In this document: positions 35,426-43,899 of the stretch, piece after piece
Layout: each line of letters starts with the position of its first letter
Position numbering within the stretch: position 1 is the first letter of the stretch
Source of the DNA: a virus
Taxonomy: Duplodnaviria > Caudoviricetes
Length of the DNA: 64,000 nt
Virus record (IMG/VR): IMGVR_UViG_2863357390_000001
Strand: one strand, 5' to 3'
The notes under the pieces: model-generated
What the model saw: only the letters and a program-made list of their open reading frames with translations
Databases searched by the model: none
What the model was told of the DNA's origin: nothing
Translations under genes and position numbers: made by a program

Positions 35426-35925
35426 CGGGTCAGCCGATCCAGGTCACGGCGCTCCAACCGGCCGTGGTCACGCAACGCGGCGGCCACGGCGGTCACCGCG
35501 TCCCAGTTGAGGTCGAGCAGACCCTCGACCTCGACGTCGAGCCCGGCCGCGTCCAACTCGGACTCCCGATCGCGCAGCGCCGCGGCGACCTCCCGGAAAT
35601 CGCCGCGGTTGCACCGGGCCCGGTGCACCTGGCGGCGGGCGGCCGAGGGCCGGACGCCCCGGGCGACGCGGCAGCGGATCTCGGCGGCCGGTCCGACCGC
35701 GGCGACCACGGCGGCGACGTCGGGGTGCTCGTCCACGCGGCGGGACAGCTCGCTGCGGCCCTGCACGTGCCAGTCGGACAGCCACGGCTTGCGCCAGGCC
35801 AGCCATACTCGGGCGACGGGCAGCCCGAGCAGTATGCCGATCACGGCGTGCGCGGCCTCGTGGACGGAGATCGCGTGCAAGTCGTCGGCGAGGCGTTCGG
35901 CGACGGCGGCGGGCGGGGCGGTCAC
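35422..35925 (-). CDS. Small HEXXH metallopeptidase-like protein (M41/FtsH-like core)
   Basis: SVHEAAHAVIG, VGPAAE, GDF, NWDAVTAVAAAL. Confidence 0.6.
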   Translation of the reverse strand: MTAPPAAVAERLADDLHAISVHEAAHAVIGILLGLPVARVWLAWRKPWLSDWHVQGRSELSRRVDEHPDVAAVVAAVGPAAEIRCRVARGVRPSAARRQVHRARCNRGDFREVAAALRDRESELDAAGLDVEVEGLLDLNWDAVTAVAAALRDHGRLERRDLDRLTR

Positions 35926-36533
35926 CGGTCGTCCCCGGTCTGCGGGGTGGACAGCCAGTCGGCGAGCCGGGTGATCACGACGGGGTCGTTCGAGCCGGAC
36001 AGCCGCCGGGCCTGCTCGTAGCGGTCGGTGTTCTCGGCGGACACGGGGGCGAGGACGGGAGCGGCGAGCCGTTTGGCCGTCTTGATCGCGTCGCGCACGA
36101 TCCGGGCGTGGTCGAACCCGAGCCGGTCGTACAGGCCGTCGTCGACGCGCCGCCATTCGGCGGTGGCCGCGTCGTCCCCGGCGACCGGGACGGGCAGGAA
36201 CGTGGCCACGGTGACGTAGGCGAGGGTGGCGTAGTCGCCCCGGGGGTCGCGGCCCGGGTCGGCGTAGCCGCCGACGTGGTGCCAGCGGCCGGGCACGACG
36301 ATCCCGGTCTCCTCGGCGAGTTCGCGGATCGCGGCGGCCAGCGGGGTCTCGTCGGGGTGGACGTGCCCGCCGGGCAGCGCGGGTTGGCCCTGGTAGGGGT
36401 CCTTGCCGCGGGCGACGGTGAGCACCCACCAGTCGTGGCCGACGCGGTGCAGGACGACGGCGTCGGCGGTGAGCGCGGGATGCCGGCGGTCCGGCCGGTC
36501 CGGGTTGTGGGGTGTGCTGGTACCCGGGAGCAT
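35922..36533 (-). CDS. Nudix hydrolase
   Basis: Nudix box LPGGHVHPDETPLAAAIRELAEETG; PGRDPRG, AGDDA, LGFDH. Confidence 0.9.
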   Translation of the reverse strand: MLPGTSTPHNPDRPDRRHPALTADAVVLHRVGHDWWVLTVARGKDPYQGQPALPGGHVHPDETPLAAAIRELAEETGIVVPGRWHHVGGYADPGRDPRGDYATLAYVTVATFLPVPVAGDDAATAEWRRVDDGLYDRLGFDHARIVRDAIKTAKRLAAPVLAPVSAENTDRYEQARRLSGSNDPVVITRLADWLSTPQTGDDR

Positions 36534-36650
36534 CGGGGTCCCTCCTGGCTGTCGGTGGCGTTGCGGTTGTCGTGGTCGGGGTGGGGCCCGGTCGGGGCGG
36601 GGACGTGCCGGTCAGCGTGTCGACCCGCCCCGACCGGGGGCATGGCGGGG

Positions 36651-37091
36651 TCAGCCGGGGATCAGCCCGGCATCGACCAGGTAGGTGCGGCGGTCCTGTG
36701 CGGATTCGGCGTAGGCGTGGCCGATGGTCACGATCCGGTCCGGCAGGTCCAGGTAGTCGGCGACCGGGCGGACGAGGACCCACTCCTGCCCGTCCGGCTC
36801 GGCCGAGTCCAGCGTGATCCGCCCGCCGAGTTCCGGGTGCTCGCCCAGGAGGGGCCGTGCCTGGGCGGTGTGGGCCTCCCGCACGATGTCCCGGAGGGCC
36901 TTGACGAGGCGCTGGGCGGCTTTGCCGAGGTGGTGGTGCTGGTCGCGGTGCCGCAGCAGGCTCTGCTGCCACGGGCGGGTCGGGTCGCGCAGGTCCTGCC
37001 AGGCCTGGTTGGACTCGGTGGCTTCCTTGGCGAGCGCCCGCCAGGCCGTGGCCACGGCCTCGACGGCGGTCTGCGCTGCGACGATCGTCAT
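36651..37091 (-). CDS. Hypothetical protein
   Basis: AGGAG RBS. Confidence 0.55.
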   Translation of the reverse strand: MTIVAAQTAVEAVATAWRALAKEATESNQAWQDLRDPTRPWQQSLLRHRDQHHHLGKAAQRLVKALRDIVREAHTAQARPLLGEHPELGGRITLDSAEPDGQEWVLVRPVADYLDLPDRIVTIGHAYAESAQDRRTYLVDAGLIPG

Positions 37092-37162
37092 GACTGCTCC
37101 TGGATCAGGTACGGGTCGGCGGGCGATTTCGGTGCCGGTACCGGTGGTCACGGGTGGTCTGC

Positions 37163-38122
37163 TCACGGCAGCAGGCGGTGGTCTTCGAACATGTCGGTGG
37201 CGTGAAACTGGCCGAGGACCATGCAGCGCAGGTCCGCGTCCCGCTCCATGACCGGCGGCACCCCGAACACGACCGCGCCGACCACCACCAGGAACGTCCG
37301 GATCACCGCGTCGGACCCCTTCTTGGTGCGCGGGGACTGGTAGAGCAGGAACCGGGCCCACTGCCAGGCGCGCAAGGCCTTGTCGGGGTGGTCGAGGTAG
37401 GCCTGGGCGAGCAGGTCCAGGGCGGCGGTGAACATCCGGTCGGCGTGGTCGGGGTCGGCGGTGACGCAGTACATCGGGTCGCCGCCGGTCTCGACCTGTC
37501 CGGTGTCGGCGCGGCGCGCGCGGATGCGGGCGTACAGGTGTTCGGCGACTTCGCGGGCCGCCGCGCCGCGCACGATCCGGTTGCCGGGCAGGGTGGCCCC
37601 GCCGGGCAGGGTGACCGTGGTGACCAGCTCGTCGGCACGCGGCGCCTCGGCGGCGAACCTGCGCTCGGCCTGCTCGCCGTAGTGCTCCATGATCTCGCTG
37701 GCCGGGGTCGACAGCCCGCCGTCGAACGTCCGCGTGGCCGGGCTCCACACGGCCGCGTCGCGCAGCCGGCCGAACGCGCCGATCCGGTCGTAGTTCGGCC
37801 CGCCCGCGCGCAGCGACAGCCGGTAGCGGCCGTGGTCGGCGGGCAGCAGGTAGCCCGGCCGGACCGTGTCCCCGCCGGTGCGGGCCCGGTCGAACTCCAA
37901 CTCCCACCGCCAGCGGATCAGGTCGGCGTACAGGTCGTGCAGGTACGCGATCCGGGCGGCGTGGTCGTGCCCGGCACGCTCGAACTCGTCGGCGAGGCGG
38001 ACCCGCATGTGCTCGGCGACCGCTGCCTGGAGGCAGGCGAACGCGTGCACGTCGGCCCGCTTGGCGGCGTTGTTGGTGCGCAGGGCGAGGTGGGGGGTGG
38101 GGAACGAGTCGGCGGTGATCAC
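37163..38122 (-). CDS. Possible divergent Fido/Fic-fold protein
   Basis: LLYQSPRTKKGSDAVIRTFL occupies the position of a Fic-type loop; GGAGG RBS. Confidence 0.35.
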   Translation of the reverse strand: MITADSFPTPHLALRTNNAAKRADVHAFACLQAAVAEHMRVRLADEFERAGHDHAARIAYLHDLYADLIRWRWELEFDRARTGGDTVRPGYLLPADHGRYRLSLRAGGPNYDRIGAFGRLRDAAVWSPATRTFDGGLSTPASEIMEHYGEQAERRFAAEAPRADELVTTVTLPGGATLPGNRIVRGAAAREVAEHLYARIRARRADTGQVETGGDPMYCVTADPDHADRMFTAALDLLAQAYLDHPDKALRAWQWARFLLYQSPRTKKGSDAVIRTFLVVVGAVVFGVPPVMERDADLRCMVLGQFHATDMFEDHRLLP

Positions 38123-38319
38123 GGGTTCCTCCGGGCGTGCTGGGCGGCCAGGGCGGCGGTGAGCTGGGCGTTGAGCGCGTGGACCTGTCCGGCCTTGTCG
38201 TACTGGATGCTGGCGATGCCGTTGCAGGTGTTGCAGTAGCGCACGGCGTCCTTGTTGTGTACGCGCCAGTCGCTGTCGGCTCCGTGCCCGGTGGACCCGG
38301 GGCAGGTGGTGTTGGTCAT
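38119..38319 (-). CDS. Small zinc-binding protein
   Basis: CPG...YCNTCNG; GAAAGGG RBS. Confidence 0.5.
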   Translation of the reverse strand: MTNTTCPGSTGHGADSDWRVHNKDAVRYCNTCNGIASIQYDKAGQVHALNAQLTAALAAQHARRNP

Positions 38320-38336
38320 CGGCTGAGTCCCTTTCG

Positions 38337-38693
38337 TTACTGCCAGGTGGAGTGGATGAGGAGGTCGGGGAGTCGGGTGTCGTCGAGGTGGTCGACGGCG
38401 GCGGTGAGCGCGGCGATGAGGGTGCGGGCCTGGTCGGCGGTGACGGTGAGGTCGTGCCAGCCCTCGCCGTCGACGTGGGCGAGGTTGATCCAGGCGTGGA
38501 CGCCGTCGTCGGGGTCGGCGGTGCGGGTCACGGAGACGCACACCGCGTTCGGGTTGGTGTTGGTCTCGTGCGGGGTGCGGCCGAACACGCGGGTGGCGGT
38601 GCACTCGCCGGGGCCGAGGTCAGGGGTTTCGAGGTGGCGGCCGTCACAGCCACGGAGGCACTGGGGGATGACGGTGATGAGAGACTGGGACAC
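38337..38693 (-). CDS. Hypothetical protein
   Basis: CLRGCDGRH...LTVTADQARTLIAAL. Confidence 0.55.
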   Translation of the reverse strand: MSQSLITVIPQCLRGCDGRHLETPDLGPGECTATRVFGRTPHETNTNPNAVCVSVTRTADPDDGVHAWINLAHVDGEGWHDLTVTADQARTLIAALTAAVDHLDDTRLPDLLIHSTWQ

Positions 38694-38777
38694 AGGTCCG
38701 CTCCTGGTGATGCAGGTGGTGGGCTGAGAAGGGCCGTTCGGGGTGCTGTCCCGGCGGCCCTTCGTCCATCGCGGGGG

Positions 38778-39101
38778 TCAGTGGTCGTGGTCGGGTTCGG
38801 GTTGGGGTTCGGGTAGGGCCAGGAGGCCGGCCACGGCGTCGGCGAGCGTTCCGTCGTGGTGCCAGGTGGCGTGTTCGCCGTCGCGGCGGTGGGCGGTGGC
38901 GTCGTCCGGGCCTCGGGTGGCCATGACGTCCACTACCGCCGTGCCGGGCCACACGCGCATGCCGGAGAAGCCGCATTTGCCGTCCTCGTAGGCGATACGC
39001 AGCGGGAACCACTTCCACGGGCCTTGTGTGGCGAGCAGGTCGAGGTCGGGTACGTCGGCTAGCCATTCGGCGAGCGCTTCGGGGGTCAGGTCGTCGGCCA
39101 C
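38778..39101 (-). CDS. Hypothetical protein
   Basis: Start inferred; normal composition. Confidence 0.5.
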   Translation of the reverse strand: MADDLTPEALAEWLADVPDLDLLATQGPWKWFPLRIAYEDGKCGFSGMRVWPGTAVVDVMATRGPDDATAHRRDGEHATWHHDGTLADAVAGLLALPEPQPEPDHDH

Positions 39102-39268
39102 GGCGTCGGCTCCGTTTTCGCGTGGGTCGGGTGGTTCTGGGGTGGTGCGGCGGCGGGGTCCCGGTGGGGGGTGTCCGGGTCCGCCGCCGCACCCGCCGCC
39201 CTGTCGGGGGAGGCTCGGGCGGCGCCCACACGCGGCGCGTACCACGTGCGAGTTCTCGGGGCTGGGTG

Positions 39269-39493
39269 TCAGGAACCGCTTCGCTTCGACTCTGTCGACC
39301 CGCCGAACGCCAAGTGCTGGCGGCACTTACGCAGGGCATCGATTAGCTGGTCCAGCTGAGCTAGATCGAAGTGACCTGCGGTAGGGGACGGGGTGTGCAC
39401 GGTCACGTACCGCATGTCCAAGTTGACCGCCACGACGGCGGTTCCTCTGCGATCGGATGGGATGCGGCACGGGATCGCGGCTCGGTACTTCAT
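39269..39493 (-). CDS. Small protein divergent from the XRE regulator
   Basis: FDLAQLDQLIDALR. Confidence 0.45.
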   Translation of the reverse strand: MKYRAAIPCRIPSDRRGTAVVAVNLDMRYVTVHTPSPTAGHFDLAQLDQLIDALRKCRQHLAFGGSTESKRSGS

Positions 39494-39642
39494 TGCGGAT
39501 CGAACCCGCTGGTGCCAGCGGCTTGTTTCCACGCTATCGTGTCTGTTGCCGTCAGGGCGTCTTGTTTCCGAAACACGCCGGAACCATCGCACTGTTTCGA
39601 CAACGCCGCAAGGCGCGATCGGGTGAAGCGGGAGGGCACTAC

Positions 39643-40518
39643 ATGCCAAGAAGGTCACCGGGCCCACGCGAGCGGGCGCTCGGCGCCAAGCTGCGGACAC
39701 TGCGTGAAGCAATCGAGCCTCGTATGACGCTCGGTCACGCGGCGCAGCGGGCCGGGCTCTCCAAAGGCGTCATGTCGAAGCTGGAGAACGGCTTGCGCTT
39801 CATCCGCAGCGACGAGGTGCGAGCGCTGTGCACGCTCTACGGCGTGCCCTCGGACGTCCAGGAGCAACTCGTCAAAGAGGCATCCGACGAGTCCTCAGCC
39901 CATCTCGAGAAGAGCCTGCCCGGCGTCCCGAAGGAGTCAAACACGCTCGCCTCCTACGAAGGCGACGCGTGCCGCATGACGAGCTGGCAGCCTCTGTTGG
40001 TTCCGGGACTGCTTCAGACGTTCAGGTACACCGAAGCGTTCATGGCTGCAGACGGCATACCGGCAGACGAGATCGAGGCACGCGCGGTGGCGCGCCTACG
40101 CAGACAGGAGGTCCTGAAGAGCCGCGTCAGGTACACCGCGTACATCGGGGAGTTCGCCCTCGGGGTACCTGTGGGCGGACCGGCCGTCATGGCTCAGCAG
40201 CTACGGGAGCTGATCATCGCTGGCCAACGGCCGAATGTCACCATCCGGGTCGTCCCGTCCGACGCGGTGCATTCAGGGCTTCTCGGTCAGTGGTTGCTGC
40301 TGGAGTTCCCGCACGCCCGGCCTGTCGCCCACGTGGAGCAGCTCAGAAGTGCCCTGTTCCTTGCCGGGCCCGACGCTCAGCCGTATGCCGATGCCGCCGC
40401 CCGCCTCGTGGATGTTTCGATGAACGCGACAGATTCGGTGCGGATCATCGAACAGATGGCCGAGACGATGGAGGGTCGAGCAGGTGGAGGCACAGCGACG
40501 GTGGAGGAAGTCGACTAG
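39643..40518 (+). CDS. XRE-HTH plus DUF5753 regulator (WhiJ/Scr1-like)
   Basis: LGAKLRTLRE...MSKLENG; VPGLLQT..Y, ARLRRQ, IGE.AL, PNVTIRVVP. Confidence 0.88.
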   Translation: MPRRSPGPRERALGAKLRTLREAIEPRMTLGHAAQRAGLSKGVMSKLENGLRFIRSDEVRALCTLYGVPSDVQEQLVKEASDESSAHLEKSLPGVPKESNTLASYEGDACRMTSWQPLLVPGLLQTFRYTEAFMAADGIPADEIEARAVARLRRQEVLKSRVRYTAYIGEFALGVPVGGPAVMAQQLRELIIAGQRPNVTIRVVPSDAVHSGLLGQWLLLEFPHARPVAHVEQLRSALFLAGPDAQPYADAAARLVDVSMNATDSVRIIEQMAETMEGRAGGGTATVEEVD

Positions 40519-40675
40519 ATCGGGCTCAACGTCTGACTGCGTAGAGGTCAGCCGGTCCGAGGGCCAAGCCGGCATCCGGGACAGCAAGCGCCCCGGACCC
40601 GAGTTGGCGTTCACCCCAGGCGGCATGGACGCATTCCTCGCGGCCATTCGTGGGGGGAACTTCGACCGCCGGTGA
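40484..40675 (+). CDS. DUF397 protein, copy 1
   Basis: WRKSTRS...CVEV...IRDSKRP. Confidence 0.88.
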   Translation: MEAQRRWRKSTRSGSTSDCVEVSRSEGQAGIRDSKRPGPELAFTPGGMDAFLAAIRGGNFDRR

Positions 40676-40677
40676 TA

Positions 40678-40726
40678 CAGAAGGCCGCGCCCACCGTTAC
40701 TGGGCGCGGTCTCCGCGCTAGTGTGG
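40678..40726 (+). repeat. 49-nt hairpin repeat, copy 1
   Basis: CAGAAGGCCGCGCCCA-N7-TGGGCGCGGTCTCCGCGCTAGTGTGG. Confidence 0.75.
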
Positions 40727-40794
40727 TGCCGGTCACTTCCGCCGCTCAAGCACACCCGACGAGGAAACCAGCCCCGACCCAAGGCAGGTCCACG

Positions 40795-40974
40795 ATGAGC
40801 AAGGACGAAGCGCCGGACTGGCGTGTCAGCAGTTGGAGCGCGTCGGAGTCGAACTGCGTCGAGATCCACCGTGACCTTGGCGCGGTGCGCGATTCGAAGA
40901 ACCGAATGGGCCCGGAGTTGAGGTTCCGCCCCGGCGCCCTGGCGGCGTTCGTGCAGGGGGTCCGGCAGCAGTAG
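40795..40974 (+). CDS. DUF397 protein, copy 2
   Basis: WRVSSWS...NCVEI...VRDSKN. Confidence 0.88.
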   Translation: MSKDEAPDWRVSSWSASESNCVEIHRDLGAVRDSKNRMGPELRFRPGALAAFVQGVRQQ

Positions 40975-40985
40975 GCCGGACGTGT

Positions 40986-41034
40986 CAGAAGGCCGCGCCC
41001 AGGGCTGTTGGGCGCGGCCTTCGCGCTAGTGTGG
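40986..41034 (+). repeat. 49-nt hairpin repeat, copy 2
   Basis: CAGAAGGCCGCGCCCA-N7-TGGGCGCGGCCTTCGCGCTAGTGTGG. Confidence 0.75.
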
Positions 41035-41117
41035 CCGCGATCACCTCAGGCTTCACCCCCCTGTCGCCCCCTCGACGGATGCGAGCGTTCGTTTCGATCG
41101 GAAGGTGCTCCCAGGCG

Positions 41118-41285
41118 ATGATCAAACCCGAATGGCGAAAATCAAGTCGCAGCACCAACACGGACTCCTGCGTCGAGGTCCGCAACGATCTCGCTGCCGT
41201 CAGGGACAGCAAGAACCCGAGCGGACCGCAGTTGGAGTTCACGCCACGATCACTGAAGGCGTTCGTGGCGGCAGTACGCCGCTGA
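41118..41285 (+). CDS. DUF397 protein, copy 3
   Basis: WRKSSRS...CVEV...VRDSKNP. Confidence 0.88.
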   Translation: MIKPEWRKSSRSTNTDSCVEVRNDLAAVRDSKNPSGPQLEFTPRSLKAFVAAVRR

Positions 41286-41313
41286 CCACCCTGTCGAAGG
41301 AGCATGAACGACG

Positions 41314-41484
41314 ATGCCCAAACTCCGATGGAAGAAGTCCAGCAAGTCCGGCTCGAACACCGGCTGCGTGGAGATCAGCAACCGGTTCGACGCCGTCCGC
41401 GACTCGAAGAACCCCGGCGGTCCCGCACTGGAGTTCCCGGCCGGCGCGGTGAAGTCCTTCGTCGCGGCGCTCCGGCAGAGCTAG
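41314..41484 (+). CDS. DUF397 protein, copy 4 (absent from ORF track)
   Basis: Hand translation: MPKLRWKKSSKSGSNTGCVEISNRFDAVRDSKNPGGPALEFPAGAVKSFVAALRQS. Confidence 0.85.
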   Translation: MPKLRWKKSSKSGSNTGCVEISNRFDAVRDSKNPGGPALEFPAGAVKSFVAALRQS

Positions 41485-41490
41485 CCGCCC

Positions 41491-41946
41491 ATGGACGAAG
41501 ACCCCGACGCCGACCGGCTGACCGCGCTCACCCGCCGCCTCCACGACCTCCACCCCGCCCACGACCACGCCACGATCGAGAGCATCGCCCACGCGATCGA
41601 CCGCGACGGCCACGGCGGCTCGGGCCTCGTGCCCGACCCGCTCTACTGGGACCCCCGGTACCGGGACCAGCCCGAGCTGTGGGACTGGCTGGAGTCCGAC
41701 TACCAGGTGTACGACTCGGCCGACCCCCGCCGGCTGTGGCGCATCCCCACCACACCGGACACCCCGACGGTCCGCGCGCCGCGTCCCCGCTTCCGGTTGG
41801 AGAAAAGGTTGCGCGTCCGGCCGGCGCCGTACGTGGGCCGGGCGTTCGTGTACGCGTGGTACGTCGGCGTGTCCCTGGCGGGCCGGTGCGTCGCCAGCGA
41901 GGTGTGGAGGGAGTACCAGGACCGAGGGCAGCCGACCCCGGCTTGA
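41491..41946 (+). CDS. Hypothetical protein
   Basis: Normal composition. Confidence 0.5.
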   Translation: MDEDPDADRLTALTRRLHDLHPAHDHATIESIAHAIDRDGHGGSGLVPDPLYWDPRYRDQPELWDWLESDYQVYDSADPRRLWRIPTTPDTPTVRAPRPRFRLEKRLRVRPAPYVGRAFVYAWYVGVSLAGRCVASEVWREYQDRGQPTPA

Positions 41947-41977
41947 CGGTGTCCCTTCCGGACGCAAAGCTGTCGCC

Positions 41978-42165
41978 GTCGAACGCCGTTCAGCGCGGGT
42001 ACCCCACGCGGGGTTGGCGGGTGGCACTCCGGTCAACGGCCCGCCAGCGGCTGTGACACCGGCTCAGGCGCCCGGCGGGAACCGCTGGCACTGGTCCCCC
42101 TCGCGCTGATCGACGTTCGACAGTGAAGCCCCGGCCGCCTGACATACGGCCGGGGCTTCGTCATT
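41978..42165 (+). ncRNA. Candidate structured small RNA
   Basis: 20-bp closing stem (18/20) 41978-41997/42102-42121, internal hairpins, TTGACG upstream, terminator hairpin downstream. Confidence 0.4.
42125..42165 (+). terminator. Intrinsic terminator-like hairpin
   Basis: GAAGCCCCGGCCG-N9-CGGCCGGGGCTTC, 13-bp perfect stem. Confidence 0.65.
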
Positions 42166-42351
42166 GTGTGAACGGCTCGGCGGGTTGTCCACACAGGACC
42201 GTACCGGCCTGGCAAACGCTTGACCGTACTGGCAGACAGCCAGATCACATTCCCGTCACCACCACCCCCGCCCATGCCCTCCCACATGGATACCCCCGCC
42301 CACCCCACCTACCCTGCGGGCACGCTCCCCATCCGCCGTAGGGAGGACCAC

Positions 42352-42549
42352 GTGACCACCCCAACACCCCACGCCACCACCGCACTGATCACCACCACCG
42401 ACGACGTCTACAACCTGCACGCCGAGATCGCCTCGATCCTCGACCGCAGACTCGCCACGATCACCACTCGGACCCGCACCGACATCGCCGACGACCTCGA
42501 CGCCGCCGGCTACACCGAAGCCGCCGCGTACCTCCGCTCCCAGCCGTGA
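42352..42549 (+). CDS. Hypothetical protein
   Basis: GGAGG RBS; coupled. Confidence 0.5.
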   Translation: MTTPTPHATTALITTTDDVYNLHAEIASILDRRLATITTRTRTDIADDLDAAGYTEAAAYLRSQP

Positions 42550-43373
42550 CCGGCATGGACATCGTCGCCGCGATCGACCAGGCGATCGGCTGCGAACAGT
42601 GCGGCCGGCCCCTCGACGACTCCCCGTCGGACCTGTGGTGCAGCGAGGGATGCCAGCAGGCGTGGCAGTCCGCGCGCACCACGCCGCTCACCGGCTACCG
42701 CGAGCCGTGGGGCGGGTACTACCCGGAGGATTACGAGACCGGCCGCGTTCCTCGGTCGGCAGCAGAGAACCGAGTCGGCGTGTCCGTGTCGGCGTGGTTC
42801 TCGGCGTACCACGCCGGCATTGTCGGCGTCGCGGACGCGTTCACAGCGATGGGCTACTCCGAGTCCGAGGCGCAGCGGTTGTCCCAGCGGTTCTCGGAAC
42901 GCCGCGACGCTTCACTCGCACCTCGGGTGTTGGTGCACGACGCGGGCACGTTGTTCACCGGCTCCGTCGACGGCTGGCGTGAGATCGGCGCTGTGGCAGG
43001 GTCGGTGCTCGTGGACGTCGCCGCGTCCACCCCTGGGACCGACGTCGACCAAAGGCGCGGTCTGGACGCGCTCCGCGAGCACGGCGCGGACTTGGACGTC
43101 GAGGACGTCGAGTTCCTGAGCCACCACGGCCACGAGATCCGCACTCGCCTGTCCGACACGATCCGCGGTGTCGAGTTCACCGCGGCGTTCGTCGACGAGG
43201 CGTTCGTGGACAGCCTGTTCCGGGCGTCCGAGGGGATGGCCGAACTCGCCGCCGTCGTGCGCGAGGTGGACGACCGGCAGGCCAGGGCGTTGGAGGCCCG
43301 GCGTAACCGCAACACCGGGCCCCGACGAACACCGCGTCCACCTCGGTCGATCAACGCCAACAAGGCGCGTTGA
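42546..43373 (+). CDS. Hypothetical protein with N-terminal zinc finger
   Basis: CEQCGRPL...WCSEGCQ. Confidence 0.6.
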   Translation: MTGMDIVAAIDQAIGCEQCGRPLDDSPSDLWCSEGCQQAWQSARTTPLTGYREPWGGYYPEDYETGRVPRSAAENRVGVSVSAWFSAYHAGIVGVADAFTAMGYSESEAQRLSQRFSERRDASLAPRVLVHDAGTLFTGSVDGWREIGAVAGSVLVDVAASTPGTDVDQRRGLDALREHGADLDVEDVEFLSHHGHEIRTRLSDTIRGVEFTAAFVDEAFVDSLFRASEGMAELAAVVREVDDRQARALEARRNRNTGPRRTPRPPRSINANKAR

Positions 43374-43374
43374 C

Positions 43375-43560
43375 ATGCCCCGCTTCCTTGCCACCGTGCT
43401 CAGGACCTGTTTCGTGGTCGTGGTCGTGTTCAACGTCGTCGGCGCGGTCGGCAACCTGGTCACCGGCCAGCCGACCACCGGCTACATCGCGAACCTGGCG
43501 TTCGCACTGAGTGTGTACAACCTCGCCCGCCCCGGCGACCCGCACTGGGCGCGAGCATGA
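43375..43560 (+). CDS. Small membrane protein
   Basis: Two hydrophobic segments. Confidence 0.45.
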   Translation: MPRFLATVLRTCFVVVVVFNVVGAVGNLVTGQPTTGYIANLAFALSVYNLARPGDPHWARA

Positions 43561-43674
43561 CCGCCCCGCCCCCACCGGACCCGTTGGACCCCGCCGCCTG
43601 GGTCCTGCTGGTCGTGGCCCTGCTGTTGATCCTGCTCGCTGTCGGAGTCGCCGCCGTCCACTAGGGAGCCGCGC

Positions 43675-43899
43675 ATGAAGCCGTTCCTGTTCCTCCTGCT
43701 CGTCCTGGCCGTGCTCGCGTTGCTCGCCTTGGCCGTGTGGGCTGCCCACCACCGGACCGGGGTGCGCAGCCGCACGCTGGCCCGCTACCGGGCGGCGGTG
43801 CGCGACATCGAGGCCAAGGCCGACCTGTACCGGGACATCGACTCCGTACTCGCCACCGAAGTCCGCGCCATCCTCCGCACTCTCAGGGAGCACACGTGA
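43675..43899 (+). CDS. Small membrane-anchored protein
   Basis: N-terminal TM helix; coupled. Confidence 0.55.
   Translation: MKPFLFLLLVLAVLALLALAVWAAHHRTGVRSRTLARYRAAVRDIEAKADLYRDIDSVLATEVRAILRTLREHT

Noticed and set aside
41960-41970. GGACGCAAAGC resembling a c-di-GMP-I riboswitch segment
   Set aside because: The upstream GGCAAAC/GNRA elements are absent, and the segment overlaps the predicted -10 region.
42185-42193. Perfect actinobacterial DnaA box TTGTCCACA
   Set aside because: A single 9-mer in 64 kb is compatible with chance; no cluster.
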